DNA of 64,000 nt from Planctomycetaceae bacterium UBA7805 (lineage in GTDB: Bacteria > Planctomycetota > Planctomycetia > Pirellulales > UBA7805), in NCBI GenBank assembly GCA_002480485.1, contig DLCF01000158.1, positions 9,826 to 73,825 of the forward strand, in the 5' to 3' direction. Positions 38,124 through 48,592 of this stretch are shown here, in pieces. A model generated the notes under the pieces. The model saw only the letters and a list, made by a program, of their open reading frames with translations. It was not told the DNA's origin and made no database searches. Numbering within the stretch: the stretch's first letter is position 1; each line of letters begins with the position of its first letter. The translations under genes were made by a program, and so were the position numbers.

Positions 38124-39443
38124 ATGTGGGGATACGGGCTCAACCTCTGTTATGTGTTTCTGCTCTGTGTGCTATCTCCCTATCTGATATACACCGCCTT
38201 TCGAAAAAAAAAATATCGAGACGGATGGGCGGAAAAATTCCTCGGCTTGTGCCCGCAACGCTCAGGCCCTGAACCATGCATTTGGCTCCACGCAGTCAGT
38301 GTGGGTGAGGTTCAACTACTGGCACCACTTATTCAGCAACTCGAAGAACGGGATCCCTTGATCCAGTGTGTGATCTCGACGACCACCCGGACAGGAAGGG
38401 CCCTGGCAGAACAAAAATATCCTCGGCACTTAGTTTTTTATTGTCCTCTCGATTTCACCTGGGCAGTCCGCAAAGCTATCGATCGGATCCGACCCGATTT
38501 GCTCGTGCTGAGTGAACTCGAATTATGGCCTAATCTTATCTTTTCGGCACATCGCTCAGGTATTCCCACGATGTTGATCAACGGGCGACTGAGTGAAAAA
38601 AGCTTTCGCGGATATTGTCGTCTGCAACCGCTTGTGAAAAAAATGCTGAAGTGTCTGCAGCAGATTGCCGTTCAAAACGGTGAGTACGCCGAGCGGTTTC
38701 TTAGGTTGGGCGCAACATCTGAGCAGGTTCGAATTACAGGGTCGATCAAATTCGATGGTGCCGAGTCGGATCGCTCAAACCCCAAGACTCAAAATCTTTC
38801 AAAAATTGCCCATTTCAGTGGTGACGACATTATTTTCCTTGCTGGAAGCACACAACATCCGGAAGAATCACTCGCGATCGAAACATTCCGCATCCTGCAG
38901 GATGAATATCCGAAACTTAAGCTGATCTTGGTCCCACGGCACCCTGAGCGATTCGAGGAGGTCGGAAAACGACTCGATGCAGCAAAACTTCGTTGGCAGC
39001 GGCGCACATTGCTCTCACCTAACGAAGTTCCATCGGAGAAAACGAGGATTCTTCTTGTCGACACGGTGGGAGAATTGGGATCCTGGTGGGGACGGGCAGA
39101 CATCGGATTTGTGGGCGGAAGTTTTGGTTCGCGTGGCGGACAGAACATGATTGAGCCAGCGGCGTATGGTGTGGCGATTTGTTTCGGACCTCACACCCAC
39201 AATTTTCGCGATGTCGTGACAGCGCTAAAATCGGTCGATGCAGCAGCGATCGTTGCAAGTGGCGAAGAGCTGACCGATTTTGTCCGTCACTGCATCCGCG
39301 ATGGTGAGTATCGCAAAATGATGGGGCAGCGTGCAAATTCACTGGTTGCCGCCAGTCGCGGAGCGACTGAACAAACGGTAACCTGTCTGTTAGCAGCGGG
39401 CGGCCTCTCAGAAAAATTGTTATCTGGGTCAACAGCTGCCTAA
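38124..39443 (+). CDS. waaA: 3-deoxy-D-manno-octulosonic acid (Kdo) transferase
   Basis: N-terminal anchor. WLHAVSVGEV and LVPRHPERF motifs, with a GGSF...GGQN(M/P)IEPAA tail. Confidence 0.9.
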   Translation: MWGYGLNLCYVFLLCVLSPYLIYTAFRKKKYRDGWAEKFLGLCPQRSGPEPCIWLHAVSVGEVQLLAPLIQQLEERDPLIQCVISTTTRTGRALAEQKYPRHLVFYCPLDFTWAVRKAIDRIRPDLLVLSELELWPNLIFSAHRSGIPTMLINGRLSEKSFRGYCRLQPLVKKMLKCLQQIAVQNGEYAERFLRLGATSEQVRITGSIKFDGAESDRSNPKTQNLSKIAHFSGDDIIFLAGSTQHPEESLAIETFRILQDEYPKLKLILVPRHPERFEEVGKRLDAAKLRWQRRTLLSPNEVPSEKTRILLVDTVGELGSWWGRADIGFVGGSFGSRGGQNMIEPAAYGVAICFGPHTHNFRDVVTALKSVDAAAIVASGEELTDFVRHCIRDGEYRKMMGQRANSLVAASRGATEQTVTCLLAAGGLSEKLLSGSTAA

Positions 39444-39481
39444 CAAAACCCGATCTGATCCTCTTGCGCGAGTGCCTCGCT

Positions 39482-40330
39482 TTGCCCGAGCTTCCTGAAG
39501 TCGAAACGATGTGCCGGGGCATTGCTCCTTGTTTAGGAACCACCATCCGGACCATTGAACGACCCCGTTGTCACCTGAAACCCATTCAAATACGCCCACT
39601 GATTGGCACCCTGAGAAAAAAACTCTGCGGAGCTCAGATTCAATCGGTCGAGCGCCTCGGGAAACGGGTCGTTCTGTGTACCGATCGGAACACTTTTCTG
39701 GTGTTCGAACCCCGCATGACCGGTTTGTTGCTGCTGTCGGATCCCCCGAACGCTGAGCACTTGCGGCTACGTATTGGCGTCACAAAGAGTGGCCGACGGG
39801 GACAACGCATGGATCTGCTCTTTTGGGATCGTCGCGGACTGGGAACTGTACAGCTCCTAAACTCTTCTGCGTATGACGCGCTCCGTCACGGTGGTAAGCT
39901 GGGCCCTGACGCGTTACAAATGACGCCCTCTCTGTATCGACAGCAATTGGGCCAAAGTCGCCAAGCCATCAAAGTGGCCCTTTTGGATCAGAAGCGGCTA
40001 GCCGGCATTGGGAATCTTTATGCTGCGGAAATTTTGCTTCTGGCAGGCATTCATCCGGGACAGAAATGTATCCACTTAACCGATCAAGATTGGCGCAATT
40101 TGTCGTCAGCAACACGGCGAGTGCTTCGCCAGGCGATACGTTATGAGGGTTCGACCCTAAGCGATGGCACCTACCGAAATGCCTTGAACAAAAAAGGGCG
40201 CTATCAGAATCATCACCGCGTCTACGGACGCGAGGGTAAAACGTGTCGCCGATGTCGTGTTGGCCAAGTCCAGCGGATTGTGCAATGCCAACGTGCGACA
40301 TTCTACTGCCCCTATTGTCAAGAAGCATGA
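39482..40330 (+). CDS. mutM: Formamidopyrimidine-DNA glycosylase (Fpg/MutM)
   Basis: TTG at 39482 followed by CCC GAG CTT CCT GAA GTC GAA gives (M)PELPEVET. H2TH region LLDQKRLAGIGNLYAAEILL. C-terminal zinc finger CRRC...CPYC. Confidence 0.9.
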   Translation: MPELPEVETMCRGIAPCLGTTIRTIERPRCHLKPIQIRPLIGTLRKKLCGAQIQSVERLGKRVVLCTDRNTFLVFEPRMTGLLLLSDPPNAEHLRLRIGVTKSGRRGQRMDLLFWDRRGLGTVQLLNSSAYDALRHGGKLGPDALQMTPSLYRQQLGQSRQAIKVALLDQKRLAGIGNLYAAEILLLAGIHPGQKCIHLTDQDWRNLSSATRRVLRQAIRYEGSTLSDGTYRNALNKKGRYQNHHRVYGREGKTCRRCRVGQVQRIVQCQRATFYCPYCQEA

Positions 40331-40419
40331 ACTAACGCCAAAGAAGATGTTTGCACCGATTTGAAAATTGCGTTTTAATAAAAGAAAGCGGAAATTTAAT
40401 CTTGTCCCAAGGAGCGAGC

Positions 40420-41439
40420 ATGTCCGGCATCTTTCAAAACCGTGAACTTTCCCGTCGAGGATTTCTTCAATCAAGTGCGCACACGGCGATGGCAGCCAGT
40501 ACCCTCTCCTCGACGCTTTGGGCAGAGGAACGTAACGGTAGCAAAGGGGAACCGGAGTCGAACGTAGGGAGACTATTCGACTCGCTGACGGTGGGTCAGA
40601 AGAAAAGTGTGTGCTTTGACTGGAACTACCAGGATCCACAGCGAGGTCTCTTGCGAACCTTTATTGCGAATAATTGGAATATCACTCGTCCCGAGGTCAA
40701 AAGTGAATTTTATACACTCGAGCAGCAGGCATTGATTCGCGATATTTTTGAAGGCATCATCCAACCTGATTGGCATGCACGCTTTGATAAGCAACTTGAG
40801 GATGACTCGGGTGGATTCGGGCATGACCAATCCATTGCCATTTTTGGTGATCCGCATTCAAACCAATTTGAGTTCGTGCTTACCGGGCGACACATGACGT
40901 TGCGTTGCGACGGGAATTCGGCCCCGCATGTTGCCTTTGGCGGCCCGATATTTTACGGTCATGCGGCGAGTGATTTCGATGAAGATGCAGACCACACGGG
41001 AAATGTATTTTGGTCGCAAGCGATGGCCGCTAATCGGGTCGCATCCATGCTCTCGGGGCGGCAGCGCGAAAAAGCTTTGTTACCGAATTCACCCGAGGAA
41101 TCTGCCGTCGAATTTGGTGTAAAAGGTGCTGAGCGACCCGGACTTCCAATCGAAGATCTTTCCAGTGACCAAAGAGAGGCAATGGAGGGAGTTTTGACCA
41201 AACTGATCGAACCCTATCGGCAAGTTGATCAACGGGAGGTACGAGATTGTCTAAAGGCGCAGGGCGGACTAGATGCATGCCACTTGGCATTTTATCGTGA
41301 TGAGGACATCGGGGGCGATGAAGTTTGGGATAATTGGCGATTGGAAGGCCCGGCCTTTGTGTGGTACTTCCGTGGATCGCCCCATGTTCACGTTTGGGTG
41401 AATATTGCAGATGATCCTCGAGTGCCACTGAACGCATAA
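40420..41439 (+). CDS. Tat-signal secreted protein, DUF3500-like
   Basis: AAGGAG lies 5 nt before ATG 40420. Twin-arginine leader LSRRGFLQSSAHTAMAAS. C-terminal LEGPAFVWYFRGSPHVHVWVN resembles the DUF3500 signature. Recalled from memory, unverified. Confidence 0.6.
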   Translation: MSGIFQNRELSRRGFLQSSAHTAMAASTLSSTLWAEERNGSKGEPESNVGRLFDSLTVGQKKSVCFDWNYQDPQRGLLRTFIANNWNITRPEVKSEFYTLEQQALIRDIFEGIIQPDWHARFDKQLEDDSGGFGHDQSIAIFGDPHSNQFEFVLTGRHMTLRCDGNSAPHVAFGGPIFYGHAASDFDEDADHTGNVFWSQAMAANRVASMLSGRQREKALLPNSPEESAVEFGVKGAERPGLPIEDLSSDQREAMEGVLTKLIEPYRQVDQREVRDCLKAQGGLDACHLAFYRDEDIGGDEVWDNWRLEGPAFVWYFRGSPHVHVWVNIADDPRVPLNA

Positions 41440-41455
41440 GGCATTCTCAAAGCCC

Positions 41456-41800
41456 ATGCCCAAAGTAACGATCTACCATAATCCACGTTGTTCGAAGAGT
41501 CGGCAGACCCTCGAGTTACTGCGTACTCAAGGTGTTGATTTAGAAATAGTCGAATATTTGAAAGACCCTCCCAGCGAATCGATTCTACGCGATTTATCCA
41601 AAAAACTCGCGCTCGCGCCGCATGAGATGGTCCGAAAAAAAGAATGTGCCAAACTGGACTTGGCGGAAAATCTCAGTCCCCAGCAATATTTGAAGGAAAT
41701 TGCGAAACACCCGGTTCTTCTGGAGCGACCGATCGTGGTGTGTGGCAAGCGAGCACGAATCGGGCGACCACCTGAAAACGTGCTGGAAATATTAGATTGA
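41456..41800 (+). CDS. arsC: Arsenate reductase, glutaredoxin-coupled ArsC family
   Basis: TIYHNPRCSKSRQTLELL (catalytic Cys) and LLERPIVV...RIGRPPE align closely with R773/E. coli ArsC. Confidence 0.85.
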   Translation: MPKVTIYHNPRCSKSRQTLELLRTQGVDLEIVEYLKDPPSESILRDLSKKLALAPHEMVRKKECAKLDLAENLSPQQYLKEIAKHPVLLERPIVVCGKRARIGRPPENVLEILD

Positions 41801-41849
41801 TCATCTGCTGGTGCAATGAAAAATGCTTTAGCTCAGGCATCAATCAGAC

Positions 41850-44552
41850 TCACGTATCTGAAAGACAGTCTGCCTCAAATGCCTCAAGGGTTTCAAGGAG
41901 ACTGTCGCAGGCACTCTGCAGAAGAGATTCATCGTGAATTTTTTTGCCCTCTGTGTCGGTCACATAAAACACGTCGACCACTTGATCTAGATAGGTACCG
42001 ATTTTCGCCGCAATAATCCCCAAATGAAGATCGTGGATTTGTTTTGCCGCGGTATACAATAAACCAAGCCGATCGGGCGCAAATACCTGAAAAATGGTTG
42101 CCCTGTCGCTGGTAACATTATCAAACAAAACCCGCGTAGGAAGGCCGGAGAGTGTTGCTTTATCGACCTCTTGTTTGTTCCAGATGCGACGAAATCGGGG
42201 AACTTTCTGGCTCGGATTTTTCAAAGATTGCACTAAGCTTTGGCAGATTACCTCAATCCGATCCGCCGGAGTTGATGTGTCTTGTTGTGTATCAATGCCA
42301 TGGAATCGATCAAGTGCCCAGCCGCTACTCAATGTGTTGATCTGTGCGGAAAGTACTTCGACCCCTTCACTTGCAAGTGCACCCGCCAAACGGTAAAAGG
42401 TTCCCGGAACAAGACCAAGGTGAGCCGCCACAGTAAATTCGGTAACACCCCGATCCGGATAATAAAGACCCCAGGCATCGACATCTTCCGCGGCTAGATT
42501 TTGAATCCGCTGCAACGCTTCTACCACCTGTTCCGGTGTTGTCCCGCGGAGATATGTCACCGGTAGGGAGCGAATTGTCTCCGCGACTGCGTGCGCAGAA
42601 TCACCTAATAGGGTGCTGACTTTGTTGCGTTGTTGTTTTGCCCAGCCCTCGTCACTCTCAAGCGTATCGCCACCGGTTAGATATTTCATGGCCCGCCGAT
42701 AGAATTGCGTCAACAATTCAATTTTCCAGTCATTCAACACATCCGGACCTACCGCCGCCATGTCTGCGGCAGTCAACACGTAAAGCATTCGCAGAATCTC
42801 TGGCGAGCCAACCTCTACGACAAAACTCTGCATGACTGCCGGGTCATTGATATCGTGCCAAAGCGCAGCTCGAGACATCAGCAGATGTTTGTGAACAAGA
42901 AATTCGAGCATCCCTTTCTGGTGCTGCGAAAGCCCGAGGTGAATCGCAGTTTCCCCGGCAATTCTTTTCCCTACGTCGCTATGGTCCTCCACATAACCTT
43001 TTCCAAGGTCATGCACCAACAATGCAAGGTGCAGAATTTCTTTTTGTTCGACCTCAAGATAAACTTCTCCCAATGGACCAGGCTGTTGAGTGAATTCAAT
43101 CGCACGGCGAACTGCCAAAAGGCAATGCTCGTCGACCGTATATTTGTGATATTCGTTGAATTGCAGCATGCCTCTAGCACGAGCAAACGCAGGGACGAAT
43201 TTTTCAAGAACCCCCATTTCGTGGAGCCGCGCCAGAATGCGTGGCAGCTGGGGTGGCCTCGACAGCAGAGAAAGAAATCGACTGATAGTCTCTTCGGAGA
43301 CTTCATTGCATGAACTGGCTGCTTTGCGAACGGCCTCCCATGTTTCGTGTGAAATCCGTTTGTCATAAAGTGCCGAGAGTTCGGCGAGACGAAGCACCTC
43401 GCTCAAATCAGAAGCGATACGCTCCATGCCCCGTGGCGTGGCTGAAATACGATAGGGACCGACGCGAAAGTCTCCGGCCACACGATGGCTGAACAATACT
43501 GAGAGCCAATTGGCCAAATGGGATCTCCGATCAGCATTTGCAAAAAACCGCGTTGAAATATAGCGGACCGCCACGGTGTGTTGAAAATATTCCTGCATGA
43601 ATTCTTCCACCGGTAGCATTCCTTCAGTCCCTTGATATCCAAAAAATTCGGCCAGTCGCATTTGCTCCGCGCGATCTAATTGATCCTTGGCTTTACCTGC
43701 ATGGAAATGAGCCTCATTGCGTGTCCGTAATAGAAATTCCATCGCATTTCGCAGAGCGGACTGCTCATCTTTTTCTAGCACTCCTTTCAGCGCTAACCCA
43801 TCTGGATCACTCGTCCCATACATGCAGAAGCCGATCCATCGTACTAGTTGGATATCACGCAGGCCCCCCCGGGATCGCTTGATGTTCGGCTCAAGCAAAT
43901 ATACAGTCTCACCATATTGGCGACGTTCCTCTCTGCGAGCATCATCGATCGCAGGTAACAGTCTTCGGGCTTGACGATGCGTTATTTTTCGAAGCCTCCC
44001 CAAGAGTCGATCGGTCAATTCTGCATTACCGCAAACATGACGTGATTCAACTAACGAGGTGAGTACGAGAGGATCTTCAAGTGAAAGTGCAATCGCCTGC
44101 CGTGTAGTCCTCACACTGTGTCCCACGATTAATCCAGTATCGCTCAAGTCTCGCAGCAAACGGATGGCAAGCACCGCAACATGCTCTGCGATCGCTGTCC
44201 GATGCAGGATCATCAGGTCGATATCGCTAAACGGAGCAAGATCTCGCCGGCCGTATCCTCCATGGGCAACCAAGGCAACCTGATCTTCTAGCTCACCGAA
44301 CGTGTCAGGATCTAGTTGAGCAAGATCACTAATCGCCTCCGCGAACAGGACACCTACAACGGTGTCGGCAAGATCTGTCAGTTTCGCACAAACCTGAATA
44401 CCGGGAGATCCTTGCGCGTGCTGTGCTTGCAGTTTTTGCTGTCCCTTCTGAAGGGATGTTTTGGCGGCCAGCACGACCGGACTGAGCGTTAATCCGTGAG
44501 ACATGAAGCGAAGAACCCGGTGATAGTAAAACGGGTCACTCCAGCGCGCCAT
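41850..44552 (-). CDS. glnD: [Protein-PII] uridylyltransferase / uridylyl-removing enzyme GlnD
   Basis: Nucleotidyltransferase motif GGYGRRDLAPFSDIDLMIL. HD domain LALLVHDLGKG. Two C-terminal ACT-like segments. Confidence 0.9.
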   Translation of the reverse strand: MARWSDPFYYHRVLRFMSHGLTLSPVVLAAKTSLQKGQQKLQAQHAQGSPGIQVCAKLTDLADTVVGVLFAEAISDLAQLDPDTFGELEDQVALVAHGGYGRRDLAPFSDIDLMILHRTAIAEHVAVLAIRLLRDLSDTGLIVGHSVRTTRQAIALSLEDPLVLTSLVESRHVCGNAELTDRLLGRLRKITHRQARRLLPAIDDARREERRQYGETVYLLEPNIKRSRGGLRDIQLVRWIGFCMYGTSDPDGLALKGVLEKDEQSALRNAMEFLLRTRNEAHFHAGKAKDQLDRAEQMRLAEFFGYQGTEGMLPVEEFMQEYFQHTVAVRYISTRFFANADRRSHLANWLSVLFSHRVAGDFRVGPYRISATPRGMERIASDLSEVLRLAELSALYDKRISHETWEAVRKAASSCNEVSEETISRFLSLLSRPPQLPRILARLHEMGVLEKFVPAFARARGMLQFNEYHKYTVDEHCLLAVRRAIEFTQQPGPLGEVYLEVEQKEILHLALLVHDLGKGYVEDHSDVGKRIAGETAIHLGLSQHQKGMLEFLVHKHLLMSRAALWHDINDPAVMQSFVVEVGSPEILRMLYVLTAADMAAVGPDVLNDWKIELLTQFYRRAMKYLTGGDTLESDEGWAKQQRNKVSTLLGDSAHAVAETIRSLPVTYLRGTTPEQVVEALQRIQNLAAEDVDAWGLYYPDRGVTEFTVAAHLGLVPGTFYRLAGALASEGVEVLSAQINTLSSGWALDRFHGIDTQQDTSTPADRIEVICQSLVQSLKNPSQKVPRFRRIWNKQEVDKATLSGLPTRVLFDNVTSDRATIFQVFAPDRLGLLYTAAKQIHDLHLGIIAAKIGTYLDQVVDVFYVTDTEGKKIHDESLLQSACDSLLETLEAFEADCLSDT

Positions 44553-44606
44553 CCGTGCGCAGCGAGAGCGCCCGCCTTGATTTTAACCGGACAAAGAGAA
44601 AAACAC

Positions 44607-44963
<357 letters not shown>

Positions 44964-44987
44964 TCAGTCATCGGGATCAGGACCCCG

Positions 44988-46475
44988 TTAAACAAAGATA
45001 TAGCCTTCCTCGCCGTGCTCATTCATATCGAGCCCGCGCAATTCACCCTCTTGCGAAACCCGCAAGCCCATCACAACGTCTAATATCTTCAGCAGAATGA
45101 AGGTGGCCACGGCGCAATATCCAATCGTGATGGCAGCCGCCACAATCTGTCCCCAAAGTACATCGCCTCCCTCAAGCAAGCCTAATGGTTTCCCTTCAGC
45201 AATATCCCAAGCTGCACGAGTTGCAAAGACACCGGTAAGAACTGCACCAAGTGTACCACCCACGCCGTGAATTCCGAATGCGTCAAGCGAATCGTCATAT
45301 TTGAAGGCGGCTTTGAAGGTTCCGCAGGCAAAATAACAAAGAACACCTGCTGCAGCGCCCATAATCAATGCGGACATGAGATTTACAAACCCGGCACCTG
45401 GAGTGATACAAACCAGCCCAGCGATTGCCCCGGAGGCCGTTCCTAGCACACTCGGCTTTCCGCGAGTGATCCATTCCATCATGGCCCAAGCAACCGCGCC
45501 CGCGGCGGCAGCGAAATGGGTCGTTGCAAATGCGCTGCTTGTCAAATCATTCGAGGCCAGTTCGCTACCCGCATTAAAACCAAACCAGCCAACCCAAAGC
45601 ATGGCTGCGCCCATCACGGTATACGTCAGATTATGCGGCCGCATATCTTCGTGACCCCATCCGAGTCGCCGACCCAGCACTAAGGCGCAAACTAATGCCG
45701 ATATTCCTGAACTGATGTGAACAACCGTGCCACCGGCAAAGTCAAGAGCACCTCCAGCAATCGAATGTGCTCCACCGTACGCCAGAATACCGCCTCCCCA
45801 AACCCAATGTGCAAGCGGGCAATAGATTAATGTGCCCCATAAAATTGTAAACACAACCATAGTGCTGAACTTCATACGCTCTGCATATGCGCCGCAGATC
45901 AACGCTGGGGTGATGATAAAGAACATTCCTTGAAACAGCATAAAAGTGATAGCGGGAATTGCCCCAGCCATGGGTGTATGTGGCGCGCCCGCCGCTTCAT
46001 CCCACACGCGGGCAACGCCACGCATGAATAGGTGATCAAAATTTCCCACGTAAGGATTGAAATCAGGATTTGCAACTTCCTGACCATCAACCTCAATCGT
46101 GGCTGGACCTCCGAAGGCCAGAGTGTATCCGTACAGCGCCCATAATACGGTCATCAGACCCATCAAAAAAAAACACTGCATCATCACACCCAGCACGTTC
46201 TTTTTTCGAACTAAACCCCCGTAAAACAGAGCTAGCCCGGGCGCAGTCATGAATAGCACAAGTGCACAGCACATGAGCATCCATGCATTGTGGCCGGCAA
46301 GCGCGGCCGATTCGGCTGTTTCTACAACAGACTCTACCTGTTTTTGTAATCCCGAGGCATCAAGGCCTCGCCCCCCCTCTACCTGACCTGTCGCCGGATT
46401 CGACAGCATTGCAAAAAGAGTACAGACGCCGATCAAAAGCCCTAATCTTTTGAACAATCTTCGTACCGCCATCAT
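44988..46475 (-). CDS. amt: Ammonium transporter (Amt family)
   Basis: Signal peptide plus 11 TM segments. Motifs DFAGGTVVHISSG and FGIHGVGGTLG. Confidence 0.95.
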   Translation of the reverse strand: MMAVRRLFKRLGLLIGVCTLFAMLSNPATGQVEGGRGLDASGLQKQVESVVETAESAALAGHNAWMLMCCALVLFMTAPGLALFYGGLVRKKNVLGVMMQCFFLMGLMTVLWALYGYTLAFGGPATIEVDGQEVANPDFNPYVGNFDHLFMRGVARVWDEAAGAPHTPMAGAIPAITFMLFQGMFFIITPALICGAYAERMKFSTMVVFTILWGTLIYCPLAHWVWGGGILAYGGAHSIAGGALDFAGGTVVHISSGISALVCALVLGRRLGWGHEDMRPHNLTYTVMGAAMLWVGWFGFNAGSELASNDLTSSAFATTHFAAAAGAVAWAMMEWITRGKPSVLGTASGAIAGLVCITPGAGFVNLMSALIMGAAAGVLCYFACGTFKAAFKYDDSLDAFGIHGVGGTLGAVLTGVFATRAAWDIAEGKPLGLLEGGDVLWGQIVAAAITIGYCAVATFILLKILDVVMGLRVSQEGELRGLDMNEHGEEGYIFV

Positions 46476-46740
46476 GGAGTGCTCCCTTGAAAAGTTTGGT
46501 CGGAAAGAGAAATCTGCGGTCCGCGCTTTGCGGATAGCCCTCCGCTATTTGCATACGACTGCACTTTGTTGCGCAGTCTTTACCTACCTCCTGCCGACGG
46601 CCGGGGCCCGCCAAAACCCTGCTCGTCGCTTGCGGGGAGTCACCGACTCCCTAACTTGATAGTCTGCCTTGCGACAAATTAACGTCGAGCAACAAAATCG
46701 TAAAGGAGCGATGGCGATTTTTTGAGAAAAAACTAATAGT

Positions 46741-47292
46741 TTACTCGCCGTGATTCCACGGCACATCACTCGACCCCGCACTCCGATTGGCACCGCGCGC
46801 CATCACAAATAGCAGGTCACCCAACCGATTGAAGTACACCAGAACTGCTTGAGGTACATTAGTTTGCTGCTCTTGGGCTAGTTCAACAATTCTCCGCTCC
46901 GCGCGACGACAGATGCAGCGGGCAAGATGCAAATTGGCAGCCACAGGAACACCGCCGGGCAAAATGAATTGTTTTAATTCTGGCAGCTCTTGTTCAAATT
47001 GATCGATCGCCTGTTCAACATGCTCGATCTGAGTAGCGCCGGTCGGAGGAATGCCCTCTACCGTGCCCTGGGGTGAGGCAAGTTCCGCTCCGATCACGAA
47101 CAAGTGCTGCTGAATCTCCTCGACGAGAACATCAATTTCCGGAAACGGGTCGAGGGATCGGACAACACCGAGTACGGCGTTGAGCTCATCGACAGTACCA
47201 TAAGCTTCAATCCGAAGATTGCTTTTAGATAGCCGTTGGCCACCAAAGAGAGACGTTTCCCCGGTGTCACCGGTCTTTGTATAGATCTTCAC
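46741..47292 (-). CDS. ATP:cob(I)alamin adenosyltransferase, PduO type
   Basis: (M)KIYTKTGDTGETSLFGGQRLSK plus the C-terminal helical bundle. GTG start. Confidence 0.9.
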   Translation of the reverse strand: MKIYTKTGDTGETSLFGGQRLSKSNLRIEAYGTVDELNAVLGVVRSLDPFPEIDVLVEEIQQHLFVIGAELASPQGTVEGIPPTGATQIEHVEQAIDQFEQELPELKQFILPGGVPVAANLHLARCICRRAERRIVELAQEQQTNVPQAVLVYFNRLGDLLFVMARGANRSAGSSDVPWNHGE

Positions 47293-47427
47293 GATTTTTT
47301 TCTTGGTTAGATTGCCCCAACGAATATTACAGGGATAATCGGGGTTCTACCCGTATCCGAATCGCCCTATTGTATCGAGCAACCTATAATCGGAGTAGCT
47401 TAATCACTGCTTCTATTTTCTGAAATT

Positions 47428-48528
47428 ATGATGGTCCGGAACATGCAAAATTTAATCCCCTGCGTCTTAAATTGTTTTTTGTTCATTTATCTGTTGCTCA
47501 GTAGCTCGGGTGCCGTAGACACCATGACCCGAGCGTCGGCGAGCGAACTTGAAGAGACCTACTTGAGCAACGTGCGGCAGGTAACCGATTCTTTCGTAAA
47601 GGCCGGCGAGGGATATTTCTCTCCAGACGGAAAGCGGATTGTATTCCAAGCTGTACCTCCCGAATATCCGTTCTACCAGATCTACACACAACCGCTCGAC
47701 GGCAAACCAGAATTGATCAGTACTGGGCGCGGTCGCACGACTTGTTCTTATTTCCACCCCGATGGCGAGACGATACTATTTGCCTCAAGTCACCTTGATC
47801 CCAACATGGACGCAACCGAGGCGGACGAGCGATCAAAACAAGAGGCCGAACGAAAGAGCGGTAAGCGGCGCCGGTACAGCTGGGCGTTCGATCCCTTCAT
47901 GGATATCTATTCGCGGGATCGTGAGGGGCAACTCACCCCAATCACGACAGCGCCTGGTTATGATGCTGAGTGCGCTTACTCGCCGGATGGAAAACAGATT
48001 GTGTTCTGCAGCGATCGAGACGGGGATGCAGACCTTTACATCATCAATACAGATGGGACCGGGCTGCGTCAGTTAACCAATCAGCCGGGTTACGACGGGG
48101 GCCCATTTTTTTCACCCGATGGGCGTTGGATTATTTACCGCACCGATCGCAAAAAGCCACACCACCTCCAAATTCACGCCATTCGACATGACGGGAAATA
48201 TGATACAGAGCTCACTGACAACGTAGGCGTTAATTGGGCACCCTATTGGCATCCCACCGAACCATACATTATTTGGTGTGGTGCTGATCACTCCGACCCG
48301 AAAGCCCGGCCAAATTACGATCTCTATTTAATGCCCTACAAAGTTGAGCAAGTGGGTGATGCAGAGCAATTTGTCGGGGGAAAAGTCGAGCGGATTACCG
48401 ACCATCCAGGTGCAGACGTTCTTCCTGTCTTTTCCCCGGACGGCAGCAAACTGATGTGGACAAGCAAGCGGGGCGAAGGACGGTCGAGTCAACTTTGGAT
48501 TGGTGACTTTCACCTGCCGGACCCTTAA
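47428..48528 (+). CDS. TolB-like PD40/WD40 beta-propeller repeat protein, secreted
   Basis: Has a signal peptide. Repeated FSPDG/YSPDG blades: YFSPDGKRIVF, YSPDGKQIVFCSDRDG, FFSPDGRWIIY, FSPDGSKLMW. Confidence 0.75.
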   Translation: MMVRNMQNLIPCVLNCFLFIYLLLSSSGAVDTMTRASASELEETYLSNVRQVTDSFVKAGEGYFSPDGKRIVFQAVPPEYPFYQIYTQPLDGKPELISTGRGRTTCSYFHPDGETILFASSHLDPNMDATEADERSKQEAERKSGKRRRYSWAFDPFMDIYSRDREGQLTPITTAPGYDAECAYSPDGKQIVFCSDRDGDADLYIINTDGTGLRQLTNQPGYDGGPFFSPDGRWIIYRTDRKKPHHLQIHAIRHDGKYDTELTDNVGVNWAPYWHPTEPYIIWCGADHSDPKARPNYDLYLMPYKVEQVGDAEQFVGGKVERITDHPGADVLPVFSPDGSKLMWTSKRGEGRSSQLWIGDFHLPDP

Positions 48529-48592
48529 AAGCTACCGTTTGCATTTGGCTAGGCAATCGTTCATAAAGGTGTGTCCTTTGCGGTAACAAAGC

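Noticed and set aside
38204-38213. Homopolymer tracts as possible phase-variation switches. These are A10 in waaA (38204-38213), T9 in the sulfotransferase (29587-29595), A9 in amt (46165-46173), A9 and A8 in the lipoprotein gene (62449-62457, 62490-62497), and A8 in the GT (6377-6384).
   Set aside because: All are in-frame KKK or FFF codon runs. They occur equally in essential housekeeping genes (amt, waaA) and are scattered rather than concentrated in surface-variation genes. That looks like a genome-wide codon habit, not contingency loci.
46476-46740. Glutamine (glnA-type) riboswitch or sigma-54 -24/-12 promoter upstream of amt
   Set aside because: GGAGGTAGG resembles the GGAAGUAGG core, but the flanking CGUUCA/GGAACG pairing elements are absent. 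No TGGCAC-N5-TTGC match was found.
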